In this document: positions 32,804 through 43,647 of the stretch, piece after piece | Numbering within the stretch: position 1 is the stretch's first letter | Layout of the letters: the number at the start of each line of letters is the position of its first letter | Assembly: GCA_036918135.1 (NCBI GenBank) | Contig: JBALDB010000056.1 | Span: forward strand, 192,001-256,000 | Direction of reading: 5' to 3' | DNA from: Nostoc sp. | Lineage (GTDB): Bacteria; Cyanobacteriota; Cyanobacteriia; Cyanobacteriales; Nostocaceae | DNA length: 64,000 nucleotides | Program-made: the position numbers and the translations under genes | The notes under the pieces: generated by a model | What the model was told of the DNA's origin: nothing | Database searches by the model: none | Seen by the model: only the letters and a program-made list of their open reading frames with translations

Positions 32804-33739
32804 CTATTTAACGACCTTAGTTCGCCAAGGTGTAGGATCGACGGATACTCCGTTGACATATAGACCCCAGTGCAAATGTGGCCCCGTGGCTGCACCTGTT
32901 GAACCTACTGCGCCAATGAGTTGACCAGCTTTGACAAAATCACCTTCTTTAACGTTAATACGACTTAGGTGCATGAAAATACTAGTTACTCCTTGACCGT
33001 GGTCAATGCCCACTACGTTACCGTGAATCCGAAACCCTTGGGATACCCTACCTACCAAAGCAACTCGCCCAGCGGCTGGGGCAATCACGGCTGAACCGGC
33101 AGCACCAGCGTAGTCAAGGCCACGATGATAGTAGTCCTCTGCAAATTTACCATTATAGTAGCGGCGTACACCATAGTTTGTACTCATCCGTCCTGCATTG
33201 GGTCTGAGGAATACTCCATTCCAATATTTTTCTGGTGTTTCTAGTGCTTTAAAAGCTGCTACGCGCTTGAGTTCATACTCTGTGGCGTCAACTCCAGCTT
33301 TACCTGGTGGTAGAGTAATGTGCTGTACGGGAAACTTCCGATTTTGCACATTCACCGCCAAGTTTTGCACCTGACCATCTCCTGTAACTCGAAACGATCT
33401 CTTTCCAGACTTTTCCAAGGGAGTTGTCGGAACAAAAGCCCGATACTGATTGGGCGCAATTTTAAATGCTGGATACGTATTTTTACCATTACTTACTGTT
33501 GGATTTGTACCATTTTCTTGATTATCTAAATTAATTTCCACCGAAAGTGTATCCCCTAATTGAGGATTATTTGGAGTCACTTTTACTTGCAAAGCATTTA
33601 CAGGCAATGCCCAAGTGATGGGGAGAACAGCAAACATTCCCTTGAACAAATTTATTGCACGGCGATTAACTGTCAAACTTTTGACATTTAAGCCGAGCAA
33701 GTTATTGTTTGATTTCCTAGTGCGATTCTCGCTAATCAT
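32804..33739 (-). CDS. M23 family metallopeptidase
   Basis: YHRGLDY and TGPHLHW zinc motifs. Confidence 0.92.
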   Translation of the reverse strand: MISENRTRKSNNNLLGLNVKSLTVNRRAINLFKGMFAVLPITWALPVNALQVKVTPNNPQLGDTLSVEINLDNQENGTNPTVSNGKNTYPAFKIAPNQYRAFVPTTPLEKSGKRSFRVTGDGQVQNLAVNVQNRKFPVQHITLPPGKAGVDATEYELKRVAAFKALETPEKYWNGVFLRPNAGRMSTNYGVRRYYNGKFAEDYYHRGLDYAGAAGSAVIAPAAGRVALVGRVSQGFRIHGNVVGIDHGQGVTSIFMHLSRINVKEGDFVKAGQLIGAVGSTGAATGPHLHWGLYVNGVSVDPTPWRTKVVK

Positions 33740-34500
33740 AGAGCTATAAAAAATCCCTTGGTTGTGTGGGAAAATAGACTACCTTATTACTAGTGGTGTT
33801 TCCTTTTGACAGCGGATATTGTTGAAGGTCATAAATTTTATTTAGCAAATGCTTTAGAGACTTTATAAACACGAAGTAAATAACGAGCAGGTCGTAAGGA
33901 AGGATGATTTGTAAGTATAATTTTGTGAATTTATATTAACTTTAATAACTAAAGTGTGTGACATTGTGATTGTTCGTAAAATTTGACTACATTGATGGTA
34001 AAAACGCCTTAGTGACTTACTATAAGAATTCCTTGTTAGGCAACAAAAGAAACCTTTTATGGTTAAAGTCACTACATAATGGTACTTGAAGGAAATCTGG
34101 GAATCAACTGGACACTTGTTCAACTGGACACTCCTACCACACTTTGGGGTCGAGATTCAGTCTAAGTACATCAGCCAGATGGGCTAAGTCAGAGCAAAAG
34201 TGCCAGAAATAACCCAGAAAATTAAGGCGATTAAGATTTTACACGAAGCTAGCTAGATTTACTATGTAATTTCTAATCTCCATTTACATAGTGATAACAG
34301 ATTTTTTTAATGTTGGTAAATTATATTTAATTTCAGTAAAATTACTTAATTTATTTTTTAAATAATAAATAGAATAATCGAGTTTGAATTTTGAAATTTT
34401 GAGTTTTCAAGGGTAATAATGGGGTTTTGAAGTCTAATTTTAGTAAATTTAGAGAATTTAAATGAATTTAATCTGATTAACTCCAGACTGATAGTTTTAC

Positions 34501-35175
34501 TTATGAGTTGAGCTTACCATCTTGCATGTGAACGATGCGATCGGCAATGTCTAGGATGCGGTTGTCATGAGTAACCATCAAAATGGTACAGCCTTGTTCT
34601 TTTGCCAGTTTTTGCATGAGGTTAACTACATCTCGTCCCGATTGACTGTCAAGTGCGGCTGTAGGTTCATCGGCTAGAATAATTAGAGGATGGCTGACCA
34701 AAGCACGAGCGATCGCTACCCTTTGTTTTTGTCCCCCAGATAGTCGATCGGGATAGTAATGCAAGTGATTTCCTAATCCAACCTTCTCCAACATCTGGGC
34801 TGACAAAGTTTGCATCTTTTTTAACCCAAAATGTTTGTGTAATTCCAAAGCCATTTTCACATTTTGCAGCGCCGTCAAACTACCATGTAAATTATGTGCC
34901 TGGAAAATGTAGCTGTTATGGCGTCGCACCTGTACTAGTTGTTTGGTGTTAGCACCCCAAAGTTCTTGCCCCAACACCCGTAAACTACCAGATTGGATGG
35001 AACGCAACCCACCCACTAAGGTCAGCAAAGTACTTTTTCCAGAACCAGATGGCCCAGTCATGATAATGATTTCGCCAGTGTTAATCTCCAAGTTGATATT
35101 AGATAAAACTTGCTTGCGAAGTGAACCGGGACCAAAGTAGTGGTTGAGATTCTCAATCGAGATGATGGGAAGCAT
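34501..35175 (-). CDS. DevA-family ABC exporter ATPase (copy 1)
   Basis: [35 protein letters not shown]; start at [10 protein letters not shown]. Confidence 0.92.
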   Translation of the reverse strand: MLPIISIENLNHYFGPGSLRKQVLSNINLEINTGEIIIMTGPSGSGKSTLLTLVGGLRSIQSGSLRVLGQELWGANTKQLVQVRRHNSYIFQAHNLHGSLTALQNVKMALELHKHFGLKKMQTLSAQMLEKVGLGNHLHYYPDRLSGGQKQRVAIARALVSHPLIILADEPTAALDSQSGRDVVNLMQKLAKEQGCTILMVTHDNRILDIADRIVHMQDGKLNS

Positions 35176-35215
35176 GAGAATTGAGGATTGGGTATTGAGG
35201 ACACTTCGGCATTTT

Positions 35216-36388
35216 TTAAAACATATCAGCCGGGTCGGTGGCGTGGAGTTTGCGGGTGGCGATCGCACCGGAAATTGCACACATAATTATAGTCAGCACT
35301 AATACCTGTAATGCCCGAATCACGGTTATGTACATGGGCAAATTTGTAGCTGTGCGAGTCAGTTGGTAAAGTGTTAAGGATACAGCCAATCCGGGAAAGA
35401 AGCCCAATGCTGCCAATATTAAAGACTCTTCAAACACCACGCCTAGTAGATAGTAATTGCGGTATCCCATTGCTTTGAAAGTGGCGTATTCCCGAACGTG
35501 GGCATTAACGTCGGTAGAGAGGACTTGATAGACAATGATTACACCTACCACAAACCCCATTGATACACCCAGATTGAAAATAAACCCAATTGGGGAATTT
35601 GTTCTCCAAAAGTTATTTTCAAATTCAATAAATTCTGCGTGGGTTAGGACTTTGACATCATTTCTCAAGTAGGCTTTGAGCATTGCTGCCACTTTTTTGG
35701 AGTCATAGCCTGGTTTTATTTGAATCAAACCTAGACTGACACTGCTGGATTGTCGCCCAGAAAATAGCCATAAAAAATTTTGATCGCTAGTAATCAAGTT
35801 ACCTTCAGCGCCAAAGGAAGCCCCGACTTGGAATAAACCACTAATGATAATTGTGCGGCGTTCTATTTCCGCAGTCACGATTTTACCTTCTTCAATTTGG
35901 GCGATCGCTTTTTGATAATCTCCTCTAGCACCACGGTCAAACAAGACCGCACCTGGCAGCTTGATTGCCTGCAATTGCTGGTTAACATCCGCTAAATCAA
36001 ACGCTGGCTTGTCTGGGTTAAAGCCGATAACTAACACCCCCGTCTCACGGTGTGTTAGAGGATTTTTCCAGATTGTGTTGTTGAAATACATTGGTTCTGC
36101 CGACTTGACACCTGGTACATCCATTGCTTGGTAAAGTCGCCGCCGAGAAAACGTAGACAAGCTTGGTAAATTACGGGCTTGGGGACTAATTAAAACAATG
36201 TCTGCTTGCAAACTGCGGTGTAGTCTAGTATTACTGTCATACAGTGCAGTCTGAAAGCCCAGTTGCATGAACATGAGTAGATCCGCAAAGGCAATGCCTA
36301 ACAATGCCACCAATAGACGACTTTTTTCATGACTCAGTTGCAGCCATCCTAAAGGGGTTCGGCGTCGCAGTTGTTCAATCAATCCCAT
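35216..36388 (-). CDS. DevC-family ABC exporter permease (copy 1)
   Basis: RRTPLGWLQL, FMQLGFQ, EYATFKAMGY, DPADMF. Confidence 0.92.
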   Translation of the reverse strand: MGLIEQLRRRTPLGWLQLSHEKSRLLVALLGIAFADLLMFMQLGFQTALYDSNTRLHRSLQADIVLISPQARNLPSLSTFSRRRLYQAMDVPGVKSAEPMYFNNTIWKNPLTHRETGVLVIGFNPDKPAFDLADVNQQLQAIKLPGAVLFDRGARGDYQKAIAQIEEGKIVTAEIERRTIIISGLFQVGASFGAEGNLITSDQNFLWLFSGRQSSSVSLGLIQIKPGYDSKKVAAMLKAYLRNDVKVLTHAEFIEFENNFWRTNSPIGFIFNLGVSMGFVVGVIIVYQVLSTDVNAHVREYATFKAMGYRNYYLLGVVFEESLILAALGFFPGLAVSLTLYQLTRTATNLPMYITVIRALQVLVLTIIMCAISGAIATRKLHATDPADMF

Positions 36389-36489
36389 AGTTTAGAGTGA
36401 GTGGGGAGTGGGGAGATGGGGAGGTGGGGAGATGGGGAGGTGGGGAGATGGGGGAAAATAATTAATGACCAATGACCAACGACCAATGA

Positions 36490-37695
36490 CTAATGACTAA
36501 TTTCAATTACTGCTTTAACTTGCATATTGGTTAGGTTGGCAGCTTTTTGGTTGAAGGCTCGATTTAGTCGGATGTGGACTTTTACTACTCTGCTGTCGAT
36601 ATTGCTAGCAGGATCGGTGTCAATGACATTTTGCCGCTGCACTTGCAAGCCTTTGCGATCTACGATTCCTTGTAATTCAATGGGTAGGAAATCGCCAAAG
36701 ATTCGTACTTTTTGCCCTGAATGCACTTTGTCGATATCGCTTTCGTAAACTTCGGCGATGACGTACATCTGGCTGGTTTGCCCAATCTCAGCAATGCCAT
36801 CATTTGATATTAATTCGCCAGGATAAGTGTGGATCTCGAATATCTGTCCATTTTCGGGCGATCGCACTTCGGCTTGTTTGAGGTTAACTTTCGCTAGATT
36901 CATGGCTGCTAGGGCACGATTGACTTCTGCTTGGGCAGCTGCTAAATCCACTCCTCGGACTTCGCTGATTCGATCGAGTGTTGCTATGGCTTCTTTGATT
37001 TGTTGCTGGCTAGTTAATTGGGTGCGATTTAACTGTGCTTGGGCTTGTTGTAAATTTTTTTGGGCTGTCTTTAAATTTAAACGTTTGCTGTCTCGTTGGG
37101 AGGCGGAAATTGCTCCTTGTTGATATAGTTGCTCATAGCGTTCGTCTTCTACTTGGGCGTTATCCACTTCAGCCTGGAATTTGGCAATTGTCGCTGCTTG
37201 TGTATCAATATCGCCAAAGCGTTCTGCTTTTAAGCGGCCGATCGCAGCTTTTTGGGCAGTTATTTCACCGGGTTTAGCACCTGCTTGGGTACGGTTAAAG
37301 TTGGCTTGGGCTACTTTTACCTGTGACTGCGCCTCTTTTAATGCTGCTTCTAAGCGATCGTGGCTGCTCAAAATTGCAATTACTTGTCCTGCTTTTACCC
37401 TATCGCCCTCCTTCACCAACAACTTTTCTACTCGACTTCCTTCTCCAGACACCGCAGCAGATAGTTTAATTACTTCCCCCTGTGGTTCGATTCTTCCTAA
37501 GGCTGTTACCGTTTTTAACTGTGGCAATTGTTTTGCTGGTACTTGTACTTCTTGAGTAGCGGAATTTTGCCAGAGTTTTATTGTATAAAAACTTATTGTG
37601 CCAACCAATAAAGATGCAATTATACCTATAGCAACAGATGGACGCAGAACAGACTTAGGGGACGTTGTGTACCCTAGCTTTGAGTTTCGCACCAT
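36490..37695 (-). CDS. DevB-family membrane fusion protein (copy 1)
   Basis: TVTALGRIEPQGEVIKLSA, coiled-coil hairpin, AEVYESDI, TNMQVKAVI. Confidence 0.92.
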   Translation of the reverse strand: MVRNSKLGYTTSPKSVLRPSVAIGIIASLLVGTISFYTIKLWQNSATQEVQVPAKQLPQLKTVTALGRIEPQGEVIKLSAAVSGEGSRVEKLLVKEGDRVKAGQVIAILSSHDRLEAALKEAQSQVKVAQANFNRTQAGAKPGEITAQKAAIGRLKAERFGDIDTQAATIAKFQAEVDNAQVEDERYEQLYQQGAISASQRDSKRLNLKTAQKNLQQAQAQLNRTQLTSQQQIKEAIATLDRISEVRGVDLAAAQAEVNRALAAMNLAKVNLKQAEVRSPENGQIFEIHTYPGELISNDGIAEIGQTSQMYVIAEVYESDIDKVHSGQKVRIFGDFLPIELQGIVDRKGLQVQRQNVIDTDPASNIDSRVVKVHIRLNRAFNQKAANLTNMQVKAVIEISH

Positions 37696-38189
37696 AGATT
37701 ACCTCTTAACTAGTGGCGCCCAAAAAATAACAATTTGAAGAAAAAGTCACAATTCAAAATTCAGATATCATTGGTCGATCGCTGCAAAGTCCTTAACAAA
37801 ATGGGAAATTTTTGAGATTTTACTTAAATAAGGCGAATTAACCAGATAGGACAACAAAACTCTCTACTGAATCAGAGATTTGTGTTCCTAGTGAACTACT
37901 TTTGTTTTATAGAAGTACTTAGGGTATAGTAAACGTTTTTAAAATTACGGGTTGTAACAGTGCCAACAATCAGAGGTAAATTAAGTAGATATAAATATTT
38001 GTATTTTTCTAAGTCAAGTAAATTTTAATTATATTTACCTGACAATTGAAATTATTTATTGTTTTTCAACTAAAAATTATTTATTTACTTGATAAATAGC
38101 CTTAAAGAGAATTTATAATTATTTAACTTAAGGCACGCAGCGTATTATAAGTTACCAGCAAAGCTTGTTGATTAAATAATTACTAATTC

Positions 38190-38645
38190 GTAATACTTCG
38201 GCTTCGCCCATCTCGTAGAGAGGCTTCTCCTGACGGAGACGCTTGTCTGCGACACGCTACACAAACGCCAACAGCTACGCTCTTCCAAGGCTCAGTACAA
38301 GTTCGTAATTCGTAATTGAAGGTACAAGTCCCATTATTCATACCAATTCAAAATTCCAAATTCATGCATTAAGAAAGCCAGATAGAACAAAGGTATGTCC
38401 GTATGTATCTGTCGCATTCTTTTTTCAAATTGGTATCAGTTATAGACAGCAATAAAAAATTTATTCCTTATTTTCAAGCTCCATTATTCAGTTCTGGGTA
38501 ATTACGAATTACGAATTAAGTAGAAGGACTAAATTAAACCTAACTTGAGATTATCCTTCTAGTCAGGCTCTTGAGCATTGAGCGAACTTGTACTGACTTG
38601 TACCGAGCAAAGCCGAGGTAGCGTAGTCGAAGTAGTCGAAATGCG
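38190..38645. repeat. Cluster of nested small dispersed repeats and a MITE
   Basis: Short palindromic modules (CTTCGGCTTCGC, GCTCAGTACAAGT, ACTTGTACTGA, GTAGTCGAAGT) and ATACCAATT...AATTGGTAT-bounded element at 38340-38436. Confidence 0.5.
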
Positions 38646-38755
38646 TCTTCTAAATAATTGTGTCCACCTACTTATCAATTACGAATTATTTTAACAATGG
38701 TGCAAGATGTAAAGTAGAAGAAAAATACAAGTTAGAAAACTTACCTAAAATCATT

Positions 38756-39508
38756 ATGAGTCTTTTTTGTCTAGTTCACGGTGCCTTCCAAGGCGCTTGG
38801 TGCTGGGATTTATTAATTCCTTATTTAGAAGCGCAAGGTCACAAAACAGTAGCAATGGATTTGCCAATTGAAGATGCATCTGCAAGTTTATCGCAATTTG
38901 CGGATGTAGTATTTCAAGCACTTCCAAAAACTGATGATGATATTGTGCTAGTTGGTCACTCAATGGCTGGTACTGTTATCCCACTTGTTGCCCAAGCGCA
39001 TCAAGTACGTCAACTGGTATTCCTGACTGCGCTTATTCCATACCCAGGAACCACTACAGTTGACCAATTTTCTCATCATCTCGATTCTGATAGCCGCAAA
39101 TCATTAAATTACGAACCAAAAGACTCATCTCAACTCGAACAATTCGATGATGAACCTTATATGTTTAATCCAGTTTCTGCTGGAAAAAACTTTTCAGATG
39201 AAGCAGTATTGAGGCAATTTTTCTATCAAGATTGTCAACCGGATGTAATGCGCTGGGCACTTTCAAAAAGACGTTTGCAACAATCAATGGCATATATTTT
39301 TGAAGTTAATCCCCTAAAAGCTTTACCAAATGTAGAGTGTAAATATATTCTTTGTACTGATGACTTGATAATCTCTCCTGTATGGTCACGCTATGCTGCA
39401 CGTGAGCGTTTGGGAGTTGAGGCTATAGAACTGCCTGGAGGACATTGCCCGCACTTATCTCGTCCTGCTCACCTTGCCTCAGTATTAACTAATGATAAAT
39501 TAGACTAA
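38756..39508 (+). CDS. Alpha/beta hydrolase (esterase, abhydrolase_6 type)
   Basis: LVHGAFQGAWCW, VGHSMAG, GGHCPHLSRP. Confidence 0.88.
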   Translation: MSLFCLVHGAFQGAWCWDLLIPYLEAQGHKTVAMDLPIEDASASLSQFADVVFQALPKTDDDIVLVGHSMAGTVIPLVAQAHQVRQLVFLTALIPYPGTTTVDQFSHHLDSDSRKSLNYEPKDSSQLEQFDDEPYMFNPVSAGKNFSDEAVLRQFFYQDCQPDVMRWALSKRRLQQSMAYIFEVNPLKALPNVECKYILCTDDLIISPVWSRYAARERLGVEAIELPGGHCPHLSRPAHLASVLTNDKLD

Positions 39509-39639
39509 AACCCTCTTCCCTTGTACCTCCTGCTTTATCCCAACTACAAATATTTAGCTAACCTAGTTTCAAAAAGTTGTGATTGCTGTTAGCGGTAGCA
39601 GGACGTATAGCCTATGGTGAGTAAAAATTACTAGTACAT

Positions 39640-40344
39640 TTAAGTTACTGAGACAACAGCACGATCGTTTACTAGCTTGCCATCTTCCATCTGGACAATG
39701 CGATCGGCAATATCTAAAATGCGGTTGTCATGAGTAACTAAAAGAATTGTACAGCCTTGTTCTTTTGCTAATTTTTGCATCAGGTTAACTACATCTCGTC
39801 CCGATTTACTGTCAAGGGCAGCGGTAGGTTCATCAGCTAAGACAATTTTCGGATGACTGACCAACGCCCGAGCGATCGCTACTCTTTGTTTTTGTCCCCC
39901 CGATAAGTCATCAGGATAGTAATTTAGGCGGTGTTCTAATCCTACCTCCCCTAACATCTGGGCTGACCGCGTTTTCATTTCTGATGGCGAAATATTCTTA
40001 TGTACTTCCAAGCCCATTTTGACGTTCTGGAGTGCTGTCAGGCTACCGTGGAGATTGTGCGCTTGGAAAATATAACCGTTAGTGCGTCGAGCCTGGGTGA
40101 GTTGTGCTGCCTTAGCGCCACAAAGTTCTTGTCCTAAAACTAGCAAACTACCAGATTGAGCAGAACGCAATCCACCTACCAAGGTTAGCAGTGTAGTTTT
40201 ACCAGAACCAGATGGCCCTGTCATAATAATAATTTCGCCACTATTAATTTCTAAGTTGATATCAAAAAGAACTTGTTTGCGAAGCTGACCGCGACCAAAG
40301 TAGTGGTCGAGATTTTTAACAGAAATAACGAGTTGACTAGTCAT
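39640..40344 (-). CDS. DevA-family ABC exporter ATPase (copy 2)
   Basis: [31 protein letters not shown]; start 40344 or 40383. Confidence 0.92.
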   Translation of the reverse strand: MTSQLVISVKNLDHYFGRGQLRKQVLFDINLEINSGEIIIMTGPSGSGKTTLLTLVGGLRSAQSGSLLVLGQELCGAKAAQLTQARRTNGYIFQAHNLHGSLTALQNVKMGLEVHKNISPSEMKTRSAQMLGEVGLEHRLNYYPDDLSGGQKQRVAIARALVSHPKIVLADEPTAALDSKSGRDVVNLMQKLAKEQGCTILLVTHDNRILDIADRIVQMEDGKLVNDRAVVSVT

Positions 40345-40427
40345 AAATAGCTCGATATACTCTTGACGCTCGTCCTTTGTCATTTTTGCTTTACAAATGA
40401 CCAGTGACTAATGACTAATGACAATTT

Positions 40428-41600
40428 TTAAAACATATCTGCGGGGTCGGCAGACTGTAATTTGCGAGTGGCGATCGCTCCAGAAATCATACACATAATC
40501 ATAGTCAGCATTAGTACTGTTAAGGCTCGCGCTAAAGTCATATATACAGGTAAATTTGTCGCATTCCGAGTTAGGTGGTAAAGTCCCAAGGGCACGATTG
40601 CACCTGGAATAAAGCCTAGTACTGCCAGAATTACTGCCTCTTCAAATACCACACCTAGTAAGTAAAAATTGCGATACCCCATTGCTTTGAATGTGGCATA
40701 TTCTTTTGTATGGGCGTTTACATCAGTAGACAGGACTTGATAAACGATAATTACTCCTACCAGGAACCCCATCATTGCACCCAAGCTAAAAATAAAACCT
40801 ATGGGAGTGTTTTTCTGCCAATAGTCTTTCTCAAAAGCGATAAATTCCTCTTTGGTAAGGACTTTAGTATCATCGCCTAAGTATGATTTTAAGTTTTTTG
40901 CTACTTGTTTTGGGTCATAGCCTGGTTGTAGTTGAATCAAGCCTAGACTGACACTGCTTGCCTGTTGTCTGGGAAATAGTCGTAAATAGTTCTGATCGCT
41001 AGTAATTAGACTACCGTCAGCAATAAAAGAAGCCCCGACTTTGAATAAGCCACTAATAGTAATTGTTCGTCGTTCTATTTCGGTTGTGACTGGTTTACCT
41101 TGTTCAACTTGGGCGATCGCCTCTGTATAATCTCCCCTAGAAGCACTGTCGAACAACACAGTGTCCGGTAGCTTAATCGCCTCTAAGTTACGCTTAACTT
41201 CCGGCAAGTCTAACATTTGGCGATCGGGATTGAACCCCATAACTAATACTGCTGTATGCTGGTGTGTTTGGGGATTCTTCCAATCGATAAAGCTGATATA
41301 CATTGGTTCTGCTGACTTTACCCCCGGTATATCCATTGCTTGGTACAGTCGCCGCCGAGGAAAGGTAGACATATTAGCTAGGTTACGTGCCTGGGGACTG
41401 ACTAACATAATGTCTCCCTGCATACTAGTATGTAACCTAGTATTACTGTCAAACAGAGCATTTTGAAACCCTAGTTGCATGAATATCAGAACATCAGCAA
41501 AAGCAATGCCTGATAATGCTACTAAAAAACGCCCTTTCTCATGACTCAGTTGCAGCCATCCTAGAGGTGTTCGCCGTCGCAGTTGTTCGATCAATCCCAT
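40428..41600 (-). CDS. DevC-family ABC exporter permease (copy 2)
   Basis: Same motifs and length (390 aa) as copy 1, identical N-terminal 21 aa. Confidence 0.92.
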   Translation of the reverse strand: MGLIEQLRRRTPLGWLQLSHEKGRFLVALSGIAFADVLIFMQLGFQNALFDSNTRLHTSMQGDIMLVSPQARNLANMSTFPRRRLYQAMDIPGVKSAEPMYISFIDWKNPQTHQHTAVLVMGFNPDRQMLDLPEVKRNLEAIKLPDTVLFDSASRGDYTEAIAQVEQGKPVTTEIERRTITISGLFKVGASFIADGSLITSDQNYLRLFPRQQASSVSLGLIQLQPGYDPKQVAKNLKSYLGDDTKVLTKEEFIAFEKDYWQKNTPIGFIFSLGAMMGFLVGVIIVYQVLSTDVNAHTKEYATFKAMGYRNFYLLGVVFEEAVILAVLGFIPGAIVPLGLYHLTRNATNLPVYMTLARALTVLMLTMIMCMISGAIATRKLQSADPADMF

Positions 41601-41759
41601 AGTTTAGAGTAAGTGGGGAGACGCGGGGACGTGGAGAAAAACAAATGACAAATGACTATTGTACAGACGCGATTAATGAGCTAGCGCGTTGCGGGGGTTC
41701 CCCCCGTTGTAGCGACTGGCGTCGTGTCTCTACTAATGACAAATGACAAATGACTAATT

Positions 41760-43067
41760 TCACAATTCAATCACCGCCTTGACTTGCAGGTTAGTGAAGC
41801 TAGAAGCTTTAATGCTGGATATTCCATTCAGTTGCACATGGACTTCTACTACTCTGGCATCGATATTGCTAGAAGGATCGGCGTTGATGATGTTCTGCCG
41901 CTTGATTTGCCTTCCAATCCAATCCACCCTTCCTAATAATTCTTGAGGAAGGGAATCACTGGTTACCCGCACCAGCTGTCCGTGACGCACTTTGTGGATA
42001 TCACTTTGATAGACTTCTGCTACTACATACATTTGGTCAGTTTGACCGAAATCCACAATCCCATCATTACCAACTGTTTCTCCCGCTCGTGTATTAATCT
42101 CTAAAATTTGACCGGGTTTAGGAACTCGAACATATACCTGCGCCAGTTGTGCTTTAATTTTATCGACGGTGGCTTGAGCGCTTTCTACTTCTGCTTGGGC
42201 GAGCGCTACGTCTGTTGGACGCACTTCAGTAGTTTGGTTAAGAGTGGCTTCTGCTTCGTTAATTTGCTGTTTTAGAGTAGCGATAGTTCTGTCTCGGTTG
42301 GCTTTTGCTTCGTTAATTTGCTGGTCAAGGGTAGCGATAGTTGTTGTCTGTGTAGCCTGACTTTCAATTAACTGCTGAGTGGTAGTTGCTGCACTCAAGC
42401 GTCTGTTGTCAACTTCCTGATTGGAAATTGCCCCTTGTTTATATAAAGTCTCGTAGCGTTGGGCGTCAGCTTGAGCATTACTTTTCTCGGCTGCTAAGCG
42501 ATTTACTGTTGCTTGTAATTGCTGTTTTTGCCCTTTTAGTTCCGCTTCTAGGCGATTAATTGTGGCTTGCTGAGTTCTAATATTGCCTTCTAATTCCGCT
42601 TGCAGACGGATTACACTAGCCTGTCGTGCCCCGATTTCTCCCTGTTTTGCTCCCGCTTTCACTTGGGCAAGACGGGATCTCGCTACTAAGACTTGTTTTT
42701 GTGCTTCACCCAAAGTTGCTTGTAAGCGATCGCGACTATCCATAATCGCAATTACTTGCCCAAATCTGACCTTATCCCCCTCGTTAACCAATAGTTGTTC
42801 AACACGATTTCCTTCATTGGAGGTAGGTGCAGACAGTTTTATTACCTGTCCCTTTGGTTCTAGCCGCCCCAATGCTGTGACTGTTTTTACCACTGGCTTC
42901 ATGGCTGCTGAGGTTTCTTGCTCCTTACTTACTCTGCTTTGAGACCTTTGCACCAGATAAAAACCTAGTCCACCTATAACTAAAGACGCAATTATTGTTA
43001 ACAGTACAGGCAAGCGAAAAATTTTCTGGGAAGACCGTGATTCTTCTAGCTGTAAATTTGGCTCCAT
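41760..43067 (-). CDS. DevB-family membrane fusion protein (copy 2)
   Basis: TVTALGRLEPKGQVIKLSAP, longer coiled-coil, AEVYQSDI, TNLQVKAVI. Confidence 0.92.
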   Translation of the reverse strand: MEPNLQLEESRSSQKIFRLPVLLTIIASLVIGGLGFYLVQRSQSRVSKEQETSAAMKPVVKTVTALGRLEPKGQVIKLSAPTSNEGNRVEQLLVNEGDKVRFGQVIAIMDSRDRLQATLGEAQKQVLVARSRLAQVKAGAKQGEIGARQASVIRLQAELEGNIRTQQATINRLEAELKGQKQQLQATVNRLAAEKSNAQADAQRYETLYKQGAISNQEVDNRRLSAATTTQQLIESQATQTTTIATLDQQINEAKANRDRTIATLKQQINEAEATLNQTTEVRPTDVALAQAEVESAQATVDKIKAQLAQVYVRVPKPGQILEINTRAGETVGNDGIVDFGQTDQMYVVAEVYQSDIHKVRHGQLVRVTSDSLPQELLGRVDWIGRQIKRQNIINADPSSNIDARVVEVHVQLNGISSIKASSFTNLQVKAVIEL

Positions 43068-43096
43068 ACCGCCCCCTCTTACCAGCGGTCAACAAA

Positions 43097-43144
43097 ACTA
43101 AACCGTCTAGTTCTAAAATACTAAACTAAACCGTACAGTTTAGT
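43097..43144. promoter_or_regulatory. Probable TetR operator pair
   Basis: Perfect ACTAAAC-N6-GTTTAGT at 43125-43144 and an imperfect copy at 43097-43116, between devB copy 2 and the divergent TetR gene. Confidence 0.6.
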
Positions 43145-43367
43145 CAATATCGCGGATCTAAACTTCGATTAATTTGTTCTAAACTAAAGGCTCGATTAAA
43201 AATATTTAGTAAGTTGGTACAAAAAAATCAAACTAAGTAAACAAAAGTAAACTAAGCTAAAACCCTTTTTTACCGTCCCTCGTCCCCCGTGCCTCCTACA
43301 TTATGCCAACAACAAATATTTACACCGATCTACTTTGCCAAATTGTTTGAAAATAATAGCCTTTCTT

Positions 43368-43577
43368 ATAGCATGTTTGAAAAGTCAAAATATATACTCG
43401 AAACCTCACTTCCATTCCTCTCTCCTGCTTTTGAAAGGCTTTGAAACCCCCATTCCCTTGTACGCAACTCGCTACCCGATTAAATTCGGGCTAAGGTCAA
43501 ATTTAATCGGGATTAGGTCGGGGGGTTAGGTTCTGAGGCTTTTGGTGTTTCAGACAATACTTTCCAAACACCCTCTT
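43368..43577. mobile_element. MITE with IS1031-like ends
   Basis: ATGTTTGAAAAGT...ACTTTCCAAACACCCTC-TTAG, same end type as the IS end at 3839-3860; another end GAGGCTGTTTGAAAAGT at about 44322. Confidence 0.5.
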
Positions 43578-43647
43578 AGAGAAAAAAGATATTTTTAGTT
43601 TGAGTTTAATTAGTTCAATAGTACTTAACCGCAGAGGCTCGTTAGAA

